64,000 nucleotides of DNA, from assembly GCF_902459465.1 (NCBI RefSeq), contig NC_047062.1, positions 558,001 through 622,000 on the forward strand, read 5' to 3'. This DNA is from Asterias rubens (Eukaryota). Positions 24,601-35,490 of this stretch are shown here, one piece after another. The notes below the pieces were generated by a model. The model ran no database searches, had not been told where the DNA came from, and saw nothing but the letters and a program-made list of their open reading frames with translations. Made by a program: the position numbers and the translations under genes. Every line of letters begins with the position of its first letter. Position 1 is the first letter of the stretch.

Positions 24601-26014
24601 TGATTTCTAATCAACAGAGACAATTGAGTTATTGATTTCTAATCAACAGAGACAACTGAGTTATTGATTTCTAATCAACAGAGACAATTGAGAAACAAAC
24701 AGATTTTAACAAGATGCTTACTACCGTTACAATCTTTAAAAAAACTTAAAAGCCTCTTTTGGGGGGCGGGGGGGGGGGGGGGTGGTTCGTAACCAAAGTT
24801 CAATCCTACCTTGAAAAAGAAACATACCAGCATCTACCAAACAAATAGTTTGAGGTAACCAAGAAAGAAATGATTGTACATGTATGTATCAATAGTTTTA
24901 TTAGTGAAATAAGAACAATGAAGTAAGAACAAAATAAGTAAGTAAGAAATAAGTAGGTCTTTGGAAGGATTCCAACCCCCCTATAGTGACATATTAAGTT
25001 GAGTCAATTAATCTCTTTCAGAGATGGTAAAGGCCATTATTGCCAAAAGGCAATAGTTCTGTTTCAAATTTATTTCTCAAGAATTTTATACTGAACAAAA
25101 TTCAAAATGAAATAATGTGTATACTCTGTCAATAGTATAATAACATGTCATGTCCACATACTATTTTGTCTTTGTAGAGTGCACTTGAGTCTGTGATGCC
25201 TATTTATGAGACATTATTCACATATCTTATACATTGGAAGGAGAAACAAGTACATAAGATGTTTCATCAAGATGAGGTAAGATCCTTTCACTATAGTTAG
25301 CTATCTAATGACCCTTGCATTAATATAGTTGAAAAATAAAAGGTTCTAGTTGAAAAGACATATGAAGTAGGATCTTATCTTTATATTTTATACATTGGTG
25401 ACACTAGAAAGTATTTTTGGAGCATACCATACATTTATATAATATTTGATTTGGTATGATGCCTAATCACCATAGAAGTGAAATACCCAAACATGGTCTG
25501 AGAGAAAAGTCAAATGGTCCTCATTGGGATTGAACCCAAGACCCCTGACACTATTTGATCTGGTATCAAATATTGTGTATGTTACTTTGCCTTGTAGCGC
25601 ATCCATCCAACGCCGAGAAAAAAATGTGGTTTTTAGGGGAAATGTAAGGGAGTAAACTGCTGTGCCTTAAAGCACAGTTGGTAGAGCATCTGCCCAGAGT
25701 GTCAGGGGTCTTGGGTTCATATCCCAATGAAGACCATTTGATTGTTCTCTCATCCCATGTTTGGTTTGATGTGACTCTGTAATAAGTTTTGTCACATAAT
25801 TATTTATGTTCATACTATTTTTTGTCCCAAGGAGCCTGTGTTTGGTCTGCCTCTTGGTTATATCCTAGTTGGAATCACATTCTGTCTCTTCCTTCTGATG
25901 ATGTGTCAACAATACAAGCCATATGGACTTAATTTCTATCAACGTAAGAGGGTCGTCAGTTTACGATCTTTGAGTTCATCTTTTGCAGCAGCAAGTGGAA
26001 TTAAAATGACGTAA
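21698..26014 (+). CDS. M14-family zinc carboxypeptidase, ~459 aa, N-terminal hydrophobic segment and C-terminal transmembrane anchor
   Basis: Exons 21698-22424, 23260-23361, 23650-23822, 24176-24271, 25178-25276, 25832-26014(TAA) total 1380 nt in frame. Motifs GEHARE (Zn ligands), NPDG, DLNRNFD, SLHSG (third Zn His), AIELW (catalytic Glu), TM LPLGYILVGITFCLFLLMMC. Confidence 0.9.
22926..23110. mobile_element. Partial TTAA-flanked MITE, same family as 47462-47847
   Basis: TTAAAGGGACATGTTGCTTTGGATCGGTCAAGTTGGTC matches the left TIR of the full copy. Confidence 0.75.
24574..24692. repeat. 32-bp tandem x4
   Basis: TTATTGATTTCTAATCAACAGAGACAATTGAG repeated in carboxypeptidase intron 4. Confidence 0.9.
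25485..25770. repeat. Inverted pair of tRNA-like SINE heads
   Basis: CAAATGGTCCTCATTGGGATTGAACCCAAGACCCCTGACACT is near reverse-complementary to AGTGTCAGGGGTCTTGGGTTCATATCCCAATGAAGACCATTTG. Confidence 0.75.
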
Positions 26015-26648
26015 CAGACGGAATGACACACTTAGGTTTTACATTCATTATTTGTTTGCTCTCCGAGTGTCTGTATTAAGCCCTTGCATTGTCCGCCATC
26101 GATGATTAAACTTGCATGAGGCTACCAGTGGCTGAGAGGCATGCACTTTTCCATTGTTTATTATCAAAGGTGGTGGTCAATGATGTCATGTGCAACCCTT
26201 CTATTAAACCAGATCTTTCTCCAGTTGAAAAGTCAACCATTCTTGACCCATCTGATGAAACTATGGCTGCTGTTTTTAACTGAGGCTATTCATTTAAACC
26301 CTATGGACTATTTAGAGGTTTGGTAAAGGTTCATTTTATTAATTGGAGGTTTGATGTCGTCTAACTCTTTGATGAGTTTTAGACATTTGAGAAACAGAAT
26401 AAGCTTATGGAAGCTGTAGAGGTCGTGCTTGCAGCTTACTCGTCTGGCTTTGAACTATGTCACCTCTTTAGTTTGTACAGTTGAAGATGCTAGACCTTGT
26501 TCCAATTTGATGGCTCTGCTTAACGTGTAGTTTGGGGGATATCATCTAGTTATCACCATTCTGTGCTTACTGGGTTAGTGCAAAGTTTCTGTGTTATATG
26601 AAGTATGCACCAGCACAAGAAAAACATATACTTTTTTGGGGTTGATTA

Positions 26649-27290
26649 AAGAATTGACTAGAGTGGGGTTCGAACCAACGAGCTCCGGATTAAAATGCCG
26701 GCGCTCTACCAACTGAGCTACATGTATCTAGCCCTATCCTGGCAGTGTCCCTATTTTGTCAATATTTTTGTTCAGGGGTGCCAGTCAGAAGCCATTGAAC
26801 AGTTAACTGCTGTATAGCCAGGGATCACACCCAAATTATGATACAACCTGGGAAGCGGCAGCCAGGGGATCACCTTAAGGGGATGCGACTTTTTGTTTCA
26901 GATATCAATATAAACCACAAGGGAAACTGACTAGGTAAATTTTGAAATGATTTTTGGGGTTGAACAAAGAATTGACTAGAGTGGGATTCGAACCAACGAC
27001 CTCCGGTTTAACGTGCCGGCGCTCGACCAACTGAGCTATCTAGCCCTATGTTGGCAGTGTCCCTATTATGTCAATATCTTTGTTCAGGGGTGCCAGTCAG
27101 AAGCCATTGAACAGTTAACTGCCGTGTAGCCAGGGATCACACCCAAATTATGATACAACCTGGGAAGCAGCAGCCAGGGGATCACCTTAAGGGGATGCGA
27201 CTTTTTGTTTCAGATATCAATACAAACCACAAGGGAAACTGACTGGGTAAATTTTGAAATGATTATTGGGGTTGAACAAAGAATTTACTA
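26649..27290 (-). mobile_element. tRNA-derived SINE, ~319-bp unit duplicated in tandem
   Basis: Minus strand head GCTAGATAGCTCAGTTGGTCGAGCGCCGGCACGTTAAACCGGAGGTCGTTGGTTCGAATCCCACTCTAGT has A/B boxes and is linked to an identical non-tRNA body in both units. Confidence 0.8.
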
Positions 27291-27334
27291 GATTTACTTA
27301 TGTACATTACGGAACCCATTGCTAAAATACAAGA

Positions 27335-27600
27335 TTCGAACTGCCTCTAGCTACCAGGCAATCTCGGTAGTCTAGTTGGTAAGACACTGCTCTAGAATTG
27401 CAAGGGCCGTGGGTTCGAACTGCCTCTAGCTACCAGGCAATCTTGATAGTCTAGTTGGTAAGACACTGCTCTAGAATTGCAAGGGCCGTGGGTTTGAATC
27501 CCATCCCAGTAATATGCCTGTATTTTCCTTTTCACAGAGCTCTGAAAAGTAGTGAGTAAACATGCCTAACACACATTGGTGTATGTTGGTAAAACCATAA
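27335..27600 (+). mobile_element. Second tRNA-derived SINE family, head duplicated; degenerate relative at ~63720-63850
   Basis: GGTAGTCTAGTTGGTAAGACACTGCTCTAGAATTGCAAGGGCCGTGGGTTCGAA occurs twice. The tail CACACATTGGTGTA is shared with 63817-63830. Confidence 0.7.
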
Positions 27601-27779
27601 TGTTATTAGTACATCTGTCATTTCTCAAAAGGGAATTTCTGCACAAATGTAGAAAGACTGTTGGAAACAGTCATGAATACAGTGAGATGATCATTACTAT
27701 AGCAACATAATATATGACCTCTTTGACCTCTATGGAATTCATGGGTTGGTAAGTAAAGGTGAGCAAAGGGCACATCACA

Positions 27780-28135
27780 GTAAGAATCAATTGGCATAAA
27801 GCAAACTATGTAAGAAACACAGCAGGATGTCTGGTCATGTAAGAATCAATTGGCACAAAGCAAACTATGTAAGAATCAATTGGCATAAAGCAAACTATGT
27901 AAGAATCAATTGGCATAAAGCAAACTATGTAAGAATCAATTGGCATAAAGCAAACTATGTAAGAAACAGCAGGATGTCTGGTCATGTAAGAATCAATTGG
28001 CATAAAGCAAACTATGTAAGAAACAATTGGCATAAAGCAAACTATGTAAGAAACACAGCAGGATGTCTGGTCATGTAAGAATCAATTGGCATAAAGCAAA
28101 CTATGTAAGAAACACAGCAGGATGTCTGGTCATGT
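27780..28135. repeat. Composite tandem array of a 30-bp and a ~29-bp unit
   Basis: GTAAGAATCAATTGGCATAAAGCAAACTAT interleaved with GTAAGAAACACAGCAGGATGTCTGGTCAT. Confidence 0.9.
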
Positions 28136-31100
28136 TTGTACTCTTTTAACAGGTGTCACATTGACATCCAAGTAATATACACGTACATGTATCCGGACAC
28201 TACCATCGTGCTCACATGTTAAAAGTAACCAATTATTTTCAATTTCTGTATTTTGTAAAAGTTTTTTTAATTCCCTGTTTACAAACAGAGAGTTTATTAC
28301 TTTTGATGTTATGATTTCAGCATCGAACTGTAAGTATTTAGAGAATTTAACATCTAAATTGGTCATATAAGTCTGTCATGTTTTCTGTAAAGCAACGATG
28401 TGTGGGATTTTGGTTTGCCAATGCAGGTAACTAGAATCAAGTAATTATGAGGTTAATGTTCTTGCTGAATTCCGACAATTAATTTTCCTTGTGTTATCCT
28501 GGTATAAAGATTTAAAAGTTAATTTCTACAACATTGACAAAGATTACACACTTGCATTGTCTTTATGCCACGTTAGCGATGGAGTGTGATCTGTGAAATT
28601 TTAAACATTAAGAGAATAGTTGTTTACCTTTTATATCAATGAGAGAAAACCAGGGAAAATGCAAAGTGTGATCTTTCTGAACATTGTACAAGCATTAACT
28701 TTCAAGTCGTGAACTAAAACAGATCATTGAGTCTGAAAATGCATGAGACTAATAACAGAAACTAGGTTTGGGTTTGTATTTCCGACATCTTTTTTTGACA
28801 TGAAATGTAACTACAACTGTACATGTACTAATTCTAATGCCCGTCTTTACAACATGTGTATCTACACAAGGTACAGTGTTGTATAATTATGAACCAACAG
28901 TACATGTACATACCTTCATGATATTTGGCCTTGGGGGTTGCAAATAAGTATGTCAGGTTTCAACTCATGTTGCAGTTTCACACCCTCACATACAATGTGA
29001 GGAATGGCTAATTTCAAAATCTCCTTTTTTTTTCCCCATGTGCATTCTGTACCAATTCAAAGTTCTATCCTACGCACCATATTTGTTGTATTGTGTTTTG
29101 TTGGCGTTTTTCATACATGTACGTGCTTGGGTGCACCAATTTGGAACAATAGTTGCAAAGGTTTTCTCGCTCAGTGATTTTCAATGTGGAAAAGCTCCAA
29201 GGTAGCAGGGTATTATGTGTTGATAATGAAGTGCAAAGGAGTTTAGACCTGTGCAAAGGCTTTCATTTGAACACACAGGCAGTTTGAAGGACATGTTTTC
29301 AAGTGAACAACAACTGTCATACCTTTCTAACAGTTTATCCAACAGTTAGGCCACTTCTACGTATCATCAACAAAGTCAATGGAATGTTTGTGGTGAAGGA
29401 CATGTACACAATTCTTATCAGAAAAGGTTCAAAAGTAACTTCCTCTGCAGAGGTGTAAAACAACCTTGAAGTTTTTGTTTTGTTGGCTTAGTGTGATTTA
29501 CCTCTTGATTTGTAAATCTTTAAATTGGTACAGGGTTATATGCCTATTATTTTCAACTTCATTTGCCTTATTCACTTTTCAATATTTAAATTCTGTAGCA
29601 ATCTCTACTTTAATTTGTCAAATTTTCAATTCGAGCTTTAACATATTGGGGATAAAATTACATGTTTTCAGTTAATATTTCACACAAAGTCTTACGCCAA
29701 ATGCCAGCAAACAGATGCAAAGAATTGTTTACAAAGTTTTAAAAATGACTTTGTGCCCCAGTTGGATGTGTATGGGTTTAAAAATTAATATGCTGTATAA
29801 TATTTAAAATATTTATTTGTAAGATAATTAAGTTGGTGTGGAGGTTTTCATTTATTTTGTCCTGGTGGTGTTGTGTATACACATGATGTTTGAAACAATG
29901 TGGTTGGATATTAAGCTAATAAATTCAAGTAGTTTACGTAATAAGAGGCTTTTCTATTGGCTTGGAGTTTATTCAATTAATATTGAGGTGAAAATGGAAG
30001 TAAATTTAGGTAAAGTAGATAAGGTAAATTAGGAAGAACTTCACAATTTGTAGGTAAAACATGTACCAGTGGAGCATTAAGTATTTCCCAACTCGTAATT
30101 TATAGTAAAATATGTAGGAACTGAAGTTGACACAAAATCGTGAGAGGAGTATAAGGTTGGGTTTTGATTTCAGAAGTTATTAAAATGTATTTAAATGTTT
30201 TAAAAAGTGATGTTGTTCATATATTAATTTTGTCCTTATTAAATTTATTATTTTATAGGCCATATTATCTCTATTATTCGTCGTTTGTCTAAAAGTTTGT
30301 ATCGTTGTTTGGTCGTGAAAAAAAACCACCTTGGAAACCACAGGCACACTAAAAAAACTAAGAAAAATACGTTTGCAAATTTTGTTTTGTAAATTCACAT
30401 CGTTTCCTTTTTAAGACAAATTTTCTTTACGAGTTGACCTGGCTTGTATTTTTATACAAGCCTTGAAAACAAAACAATATAGAGGAATTAGTGGGTACCA
30501 CCTTGGCCATAGAAAACCAAACCCATATCAGACGTGATATCATGAAACGATCCAGACGTTCAAAGTTGGGTCAACTTTTTGTGGTGAACTTGAGTATTGT
30601 TCACACAGTGACAACCGAAGCCTTTTAATAACTACGTCACACAGAGCGCAAGGTCCCAAGTTTGGGGTTTAGTAAAGCGCGACCAACAAATTGCAATCCT
30701 TGATTGAAAAAAGGTCATAACTCTCGATGCATTCGCTTGTCACTTTTGATCGTCTGACGAGTTCAGAAAGTCAGAGTAGTATTTTAACGCAAAGTTACCC
30801 CCTGTCCAATATTTGCATAAGAGAGTGAACATAATGTAAACTATGCCAAGTTCATAACTTCAGGCTGGCGTCTTGTTAACAGACAATAGTTTTAAAAAAA
30901 TCAAGTGTTGTTTTTTAATAAATAAAACTTTATTTGTTATTCCAACATAAAAACAATTTATTACATTATGCAAAATATGGACTCGTCCAGGTTTGGAATG
31001 ACTCTCCTTAGAAAATAATAATTAAAAAACTTACGTTGTGAAAGTTTGTGTTTTCTTGCTCCTACCAGTAAACCGTTACAAATAAAGTTAAAGTTTAGTC

Positions 31101-31672
31101 CTGTTTTCAGAAATCATTATCATTTCGTTTGGAACACAAGCAGAATAAATAACGGATGTAGTTTGCATATGAGTTTCTGATTTAATAGAACGCAACTTTG
31201 TTCTTAAATTTATCTATGATGTAGGCCTTTGATTTCTTTACGAGTTGTTATGTATTTCTGAACAACCGAGAGCATAGATTTGTCCACTCTTCCTAAACAA
31301 CGGCAAAGAAAGGCTAACGATAAATCCCTAATAACAATAACATGAACATAATTATTGGAGGATTATAATTATAAGTGATTTTACTTTCCCATTACACTTT
31401 TTATGATTGACCAAAAATCCCAACACGGTTGTTGTACTAGCATTTGTGTGAACATTGCATTATGCACGATATTTTGCTAAAATATTTCAGTGGTTTCAGT
31501 TTTTAGTCATGATTGAAAGTTTGTTCAACAAAATATGGAATGAGTAAACGGAATTCTCAAATAAAGGCAGCTATACAAATGCCCATGATAGTGTTTGGAA
31601 GTTGGTATTCCCGCCGTGAGTTCATAAACCAGTCGTCTGGGTTTTTGCAACCGAGAGTTTTTGCAACTTTAG

Positions 31673-34024
31673 CTATCGCACCTGATGATTTAGAGTTTTT
31701 CTCCCATTTGCGATCTTTTCCTGGGCACTCCAGCTTCTTATCCGTTCTTTCTCCAGCACAAGGAGTTCTTCTGGAGCAATCTGTAAGATGTCTGTGATGG
31801 TGCTAAGGAGACCCGATCGTTTATGTCTTACTAATGTGGTAGCATCCTTGGATAAGAGAAGACAGGCACGACAAGGTCTGCCGTTCGAATCCCGCCTAAA
31901 GCGTAACCTTGCCACGTTCATATACAGCAAGTTGTAGACATGAGATTGCAAAGACATTACCCACGTTATGTGCAGCCCCTCAGTGGTGGTGAAAAATGAC
32001 CTGAAGATGCAGATAAGGAGATGGGTCTTCAGTTCGCATAGATGTGTATTGGGTGGAACTTGGATGTAGATCTTAACATACACAGTTGGGACATTCCTTG
32101 AAGCTACTGTAAGATACGTCTCAATATCTGACTCTATTCCGGGAGGGATCCACCTCAAAGGAGGTTTAACAGCGATGTAGTTATCGGGCCATTCAAACGA
32201 CTCGTAAGATTCACTGTGTCTTAAAGTGTCTGCTTTCATCTTGATATTCTCCTTATGTTTCCCTCTAACATGTTTCCCTGTTCGTTTTAGAGTTTGTTTC
32301 AGGGTCTGTTTCGTGGTTTTACTGGGAGTGTCGTCGCAGTTTTCAGATCCCAGTATTCTTGGCCGATACTTTTGGTTCGGGGTCAAAGTAAAATGAACTT
32401 TTTTATTCTTGAGGATCTTTGGCATTCTGAGAGTTCCTGTCCTACTTCTCCTGTTGAGTCGACTTGGCACATCTTCCTTTTGTCTGCAGTTTCCGTTAAT
32501 GTTCCCGTTAGGAAGTCTAGCCTCCATGAACTCTGTGCTAAGTGGGCTGGTGATGAAACTGCTTGACTCTGCATCCACTGAGCATCCATCTTCGGCGATG
32601 TTGTTGGAGAATCTCGTACAGGCACAGTTGTTGTGCTCAAAGTCCTGAATTAATACTGTTTCTATTACCTTTTCTTCATCTTCTTCAACCTCATCCTCAT
32701 CCTCGCTGTCAACACATTCAATGATCACAAGACTTTCTGATGAGGTTGTTATAGCACACTGTCCTCTCATGTCACCCGATGTGCCCCGGTGTAGAGAACG
32801 GCTGGGCTTGGGGCTCGTTATGGGAACACTAGTGCAAGTATAGTCCGTACCGTCGGAGTTGTAGTGAAAGAAAGTTACCTCGCCGTGCTGGTCGTCTGTG
32901 GTCCTTTCTCTATGGTTGAAGGCTGGTGGTGGGTTATCTTCGGTTGACTCAGTTTCTTTAAGGAATGGATCACACTGGGAGAAATCGCTAGGCAAGTATG
33001 AACTCATGTCCTGTAGTTCCACGTCAGCCGGCTCCTTCTTGAAGCTAGCCAGTAAATGTTTAATCAGAGGGTGCCGAGACAGCCTGCTGCCCGCCATGAC
33101 ATGTTGCCCGTGAATGCCATGATTTACATCAATACATTTCTTCCTTCGTCGTTCCACTGAACCGGAACGGCCTGCAGTTTTGGCATTCTTCCCCTTGTTC
33201 AATGGTTTGTAGTCTTTAGTTTTGGAACTTGATACAGGCGCTACCAAATCCTCATTGACGGTGACAATAGGGGGCTTTGGGGAGCTCGTGCTTCTCTCGG
33301 GGCCAGCTTCATCTGAATATTGCCTCCAAATCGATGCCATAACACTGGGAACAAATAAAGCCGCTGAGGTGCCAGGACTTTTCTTATACCGCGGTTGCAT
33401 TATTGTCGGCATATTACTCTCGCTAGTTGGGTTAAATACATCAAGGAGGACACTCTTAAGATGGCCAGACCATTGTTGAGATATTCCGACTGAAGGAATA
33501 TTAAATCCCCAGTCTAATCCATCCGTCCATCCGGATGAGCCAATAGATGTACTTGATCCAGAGCTGTTGATGTGGTAAAAAGATTGAGGTTTCTGTAACT
33601 CTGGTATCAAATCCAAAACAGATGGACTCGAGCTGTAACAGTGGAAATCACTCGAAGTTGTCGATTGGTGACTTTCTTCAATAATGGCGTCTAATATCGG
33701 GTGGTTTGGATGGTTTATATTATTCTCGAGTTCCTGGCACTCCGGGGATGCTGTTCCCCAGCTCCCTGCCGCAATAAAGCCCACACACTGCGGGTCAGAT
33801 TGCTCCCCAGCTTGACTCGTAACCTCATTCCTGGTGTCTTCGTGAGCTAACTCTGGGATGTGAGTGTGGATTGGTTGATGATCAAAGGTTGAATGGGGGT
33901 GTGTGTGGTAAATCGTTGCTGATGGGCTCAGCCAAGACGGTCCTACAAGATGTTGTCTGCTGTCACTGATTTTATAGATGACCCGTTTCTTTGTCCCAAT
34001 ACGTGGACGGTCGCTTGTAGTCAT
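31673..34024 (-). CDS. Uncharacterised ~783-aa protein, single coding exon, mostly low-complexity
   Basis: Stop-free 2.4-kb ORF in AT-rich DNA. Acceptor TTTATTTATTCAG ends at 34039, 14 nt before the ATG at 34024. Ser/Thr-rich, with acidic tract EDEDEVEEDEEK and basic RRRKK. No family recognised. Confidence 0.8.
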   Translation of the reverse strand: MTTSDRPRIGTKKRVIYKISDSRQHLVGPSWLSPSATIYHTHPHSTFDHQPIHTHIPELAHEDTRNEVTSQAGEQSDPQCVGFIAAGSWGTASPECQELENNINHPNHPILDAIIEESHQSTTSSDFHCYSSSPSVLDLIPELQKPQSFYHINSSGSSTSIGSSGWTDGLDWGFNIPSVGISQQWSGHLKSVLLDVFNPTSESNMPTIMQPRYKKSPGTSAALFVPSVMASIWRQYSDEAGPERSTSSPKPPIVTVNEDLVAPVSSSKTKDYKPLNKGKNAKTAGRSGSVERRRKKCIDVNHGIHGQHVMAGSRLSRHPLIKHLLASFKKEPADVELQDMSSYLPSDFSQCDPFLKETESTEDNPPPAFNHRERTTDDQHGEVTFFHYNSDGTDYTCTSVPITSPKPSRSLHRGTSGDMRGQCAITTSSESLVIIECVDSEDEDEVEEDEEKVIETVLIQDFEHNNCACTRFSNNIAEDGCSVDAESSSFITSPLSTEFMEARLPNGNINGNCRQKEDVPSRLNRRSRTGTLRMPKILKNKKVHFTLTPNQKYRPRILGSENCDDTPSKTTKQTLKQTLKRTGKHVRGKHKENIKMKADTLRHSESYESFEWPDNYIAVKPPLRWIPPGIESDIETYLTVASRNVPTVYVKIYIQVPPNTHLCELKTHLLICIFRSFFTTTEGLHITWVMSLQSHVYNLLYMNVARLRFRRDSNGRPCRACLLLSKDATTLVRHKRSGLLSTITDILQIAPEELLVLEKERIRSWSAQEKIANGRKTLNHQVR

Positions 34025-35490
34025 TACGATAGTAATTTCTGAATAAAATAAATAAACAAAGATCAAAATTTCAATCGCTTTATTCAAGCATGGAGGTATT
34101 CCTCCATGATTTAGGTAGCAAAATTGTAATGCATGTCAACATTATCCTTGGTTTAAATTCACCCCTCTGATGGTACGGGACTACTGCCCAACCTCAAGCC
34201 CCGAACTTAGACAGCTGGTGTTTTTATGATATTGCGACAATTTCTTTTTCTTTCAATTCACTGAAATTTTCTTTAAGAAACAGTTTTCGTTTTTTTGAAA
34301 AGCCCACCATGTTTGCTCATTTTTGTGTACGTCGCAAATAAAAAAGTATAACACAACTATTATAGGGACAGTTAAGTTTACTCTGATGAAAACAATTTCA
34401 GATTGGAAAGAAGAAGCTTTTAGATAAAATGCACATTGTTACACTAGTTTTTTTTCTCCCAGCTCATGGGGGCCTACCGAAGATTTTGTCGGTTAACCTA
34501 CTTCTTATTATAGTCCTAGCCTAACTATTTGTATATTTATCCCGAGTGGAGTTTGTGTTCAGTACCGAACAGATACAGATGACCAAGGCTACATTCAACG
34601 TCAAAATGTTGAAGTCTGCTTTGAAGTTAGTAAACAAATAGTACACGAGGACATGTCATGAAGCTCTTCAAGAAAAGCTAAGGGCTCAATCTCATGCAAC
34701 GCTTCTTCACACAGTGATATGGATTATAACTGGAACAGCCTCCCAGCCCAAAGTGGTAAAACAGCCGGACAACCAATCACTTCAAAATAGCTTTGTGAGT
34801 CATGGATATGGGGTGTTAATGAAAAGGCATAAGCCTAGGCCCCTAAGCCTACACTAGTAAACAAAAATCCCAACTTCAAGTTTAGGTATAGTATAAATCA
34901 AAGTGTACTGTAAGTGTAAGTGGAACTTTAACAGAGTGCCCAAACGTGTCATAAAACAACAAAAACACATTTTAGTAAACACACATTCAAACAATTATTA
35001 AGATGTTTTATTTACTAAAATTAAATGCCATAACAAAACTAAATACACATGTAGTTCCTTTCTTGATTAGCTCAAATGGTGGTAGGCTGCCCTACTCTTG
35101 TTTTACACGTAGGCCTACCACTATTAGTATTAGGCCTAATGGAGGCATAGTCCTTTTCTCCAGAAAGGTGCACTTGCCACAACAAAGTTATAACTTTTAA
35201 TCAAAGATATTACAACAAAGCAATAAATACTTACAAAATGTATGATCTGTTGTTATAAAAGATTCAACTGACTTGTTAAAATAATATTCCATTTTTCCCC
35301 CTTTTTTTTGCGCGGCAGCCTGTGGTCCTATAATAATTAGCGCGTGTTTTTTAAAGAATAGTTTAGGCGCTTTAATTTGTTGGAGGAATAAAACACACTC
35401 AAACAAACAAAGCATAGAGGTCACAAAGGTCAAATCCCACATGCGCGCAGCAGACACTTGGTAAAATCTGTGTGTTTTGCATGCAGAAAT

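Noticed and set aside
24574-24692. 32-bp repeat as a sixth exon-edge array (contains CTAATCAACAG)
   Set aside because: The carboxypeptidase model is complete without an exon here, and the sequence after the last copy has no convincing donor or homology.
26140-26540. Possible LTR gag remnant (TLSRAIKLEQG) on minus
   Set aside because: Too short and decayed, with no LTRs or pol fragments nearby.
26660-27510. tRNA genes (Asn-like and others)
   Set aside because: Stems have mismatches and the heads are fused to repeated non-tRNA bodies, so these are SINEs rather than functional tRNAs.
29180-29457. Plus-strand exon-like stretch of ~92 codons with one internal TGA
   Set aside because: No recognisable family, no partner exons and no SECIS identified; compatible with chance.
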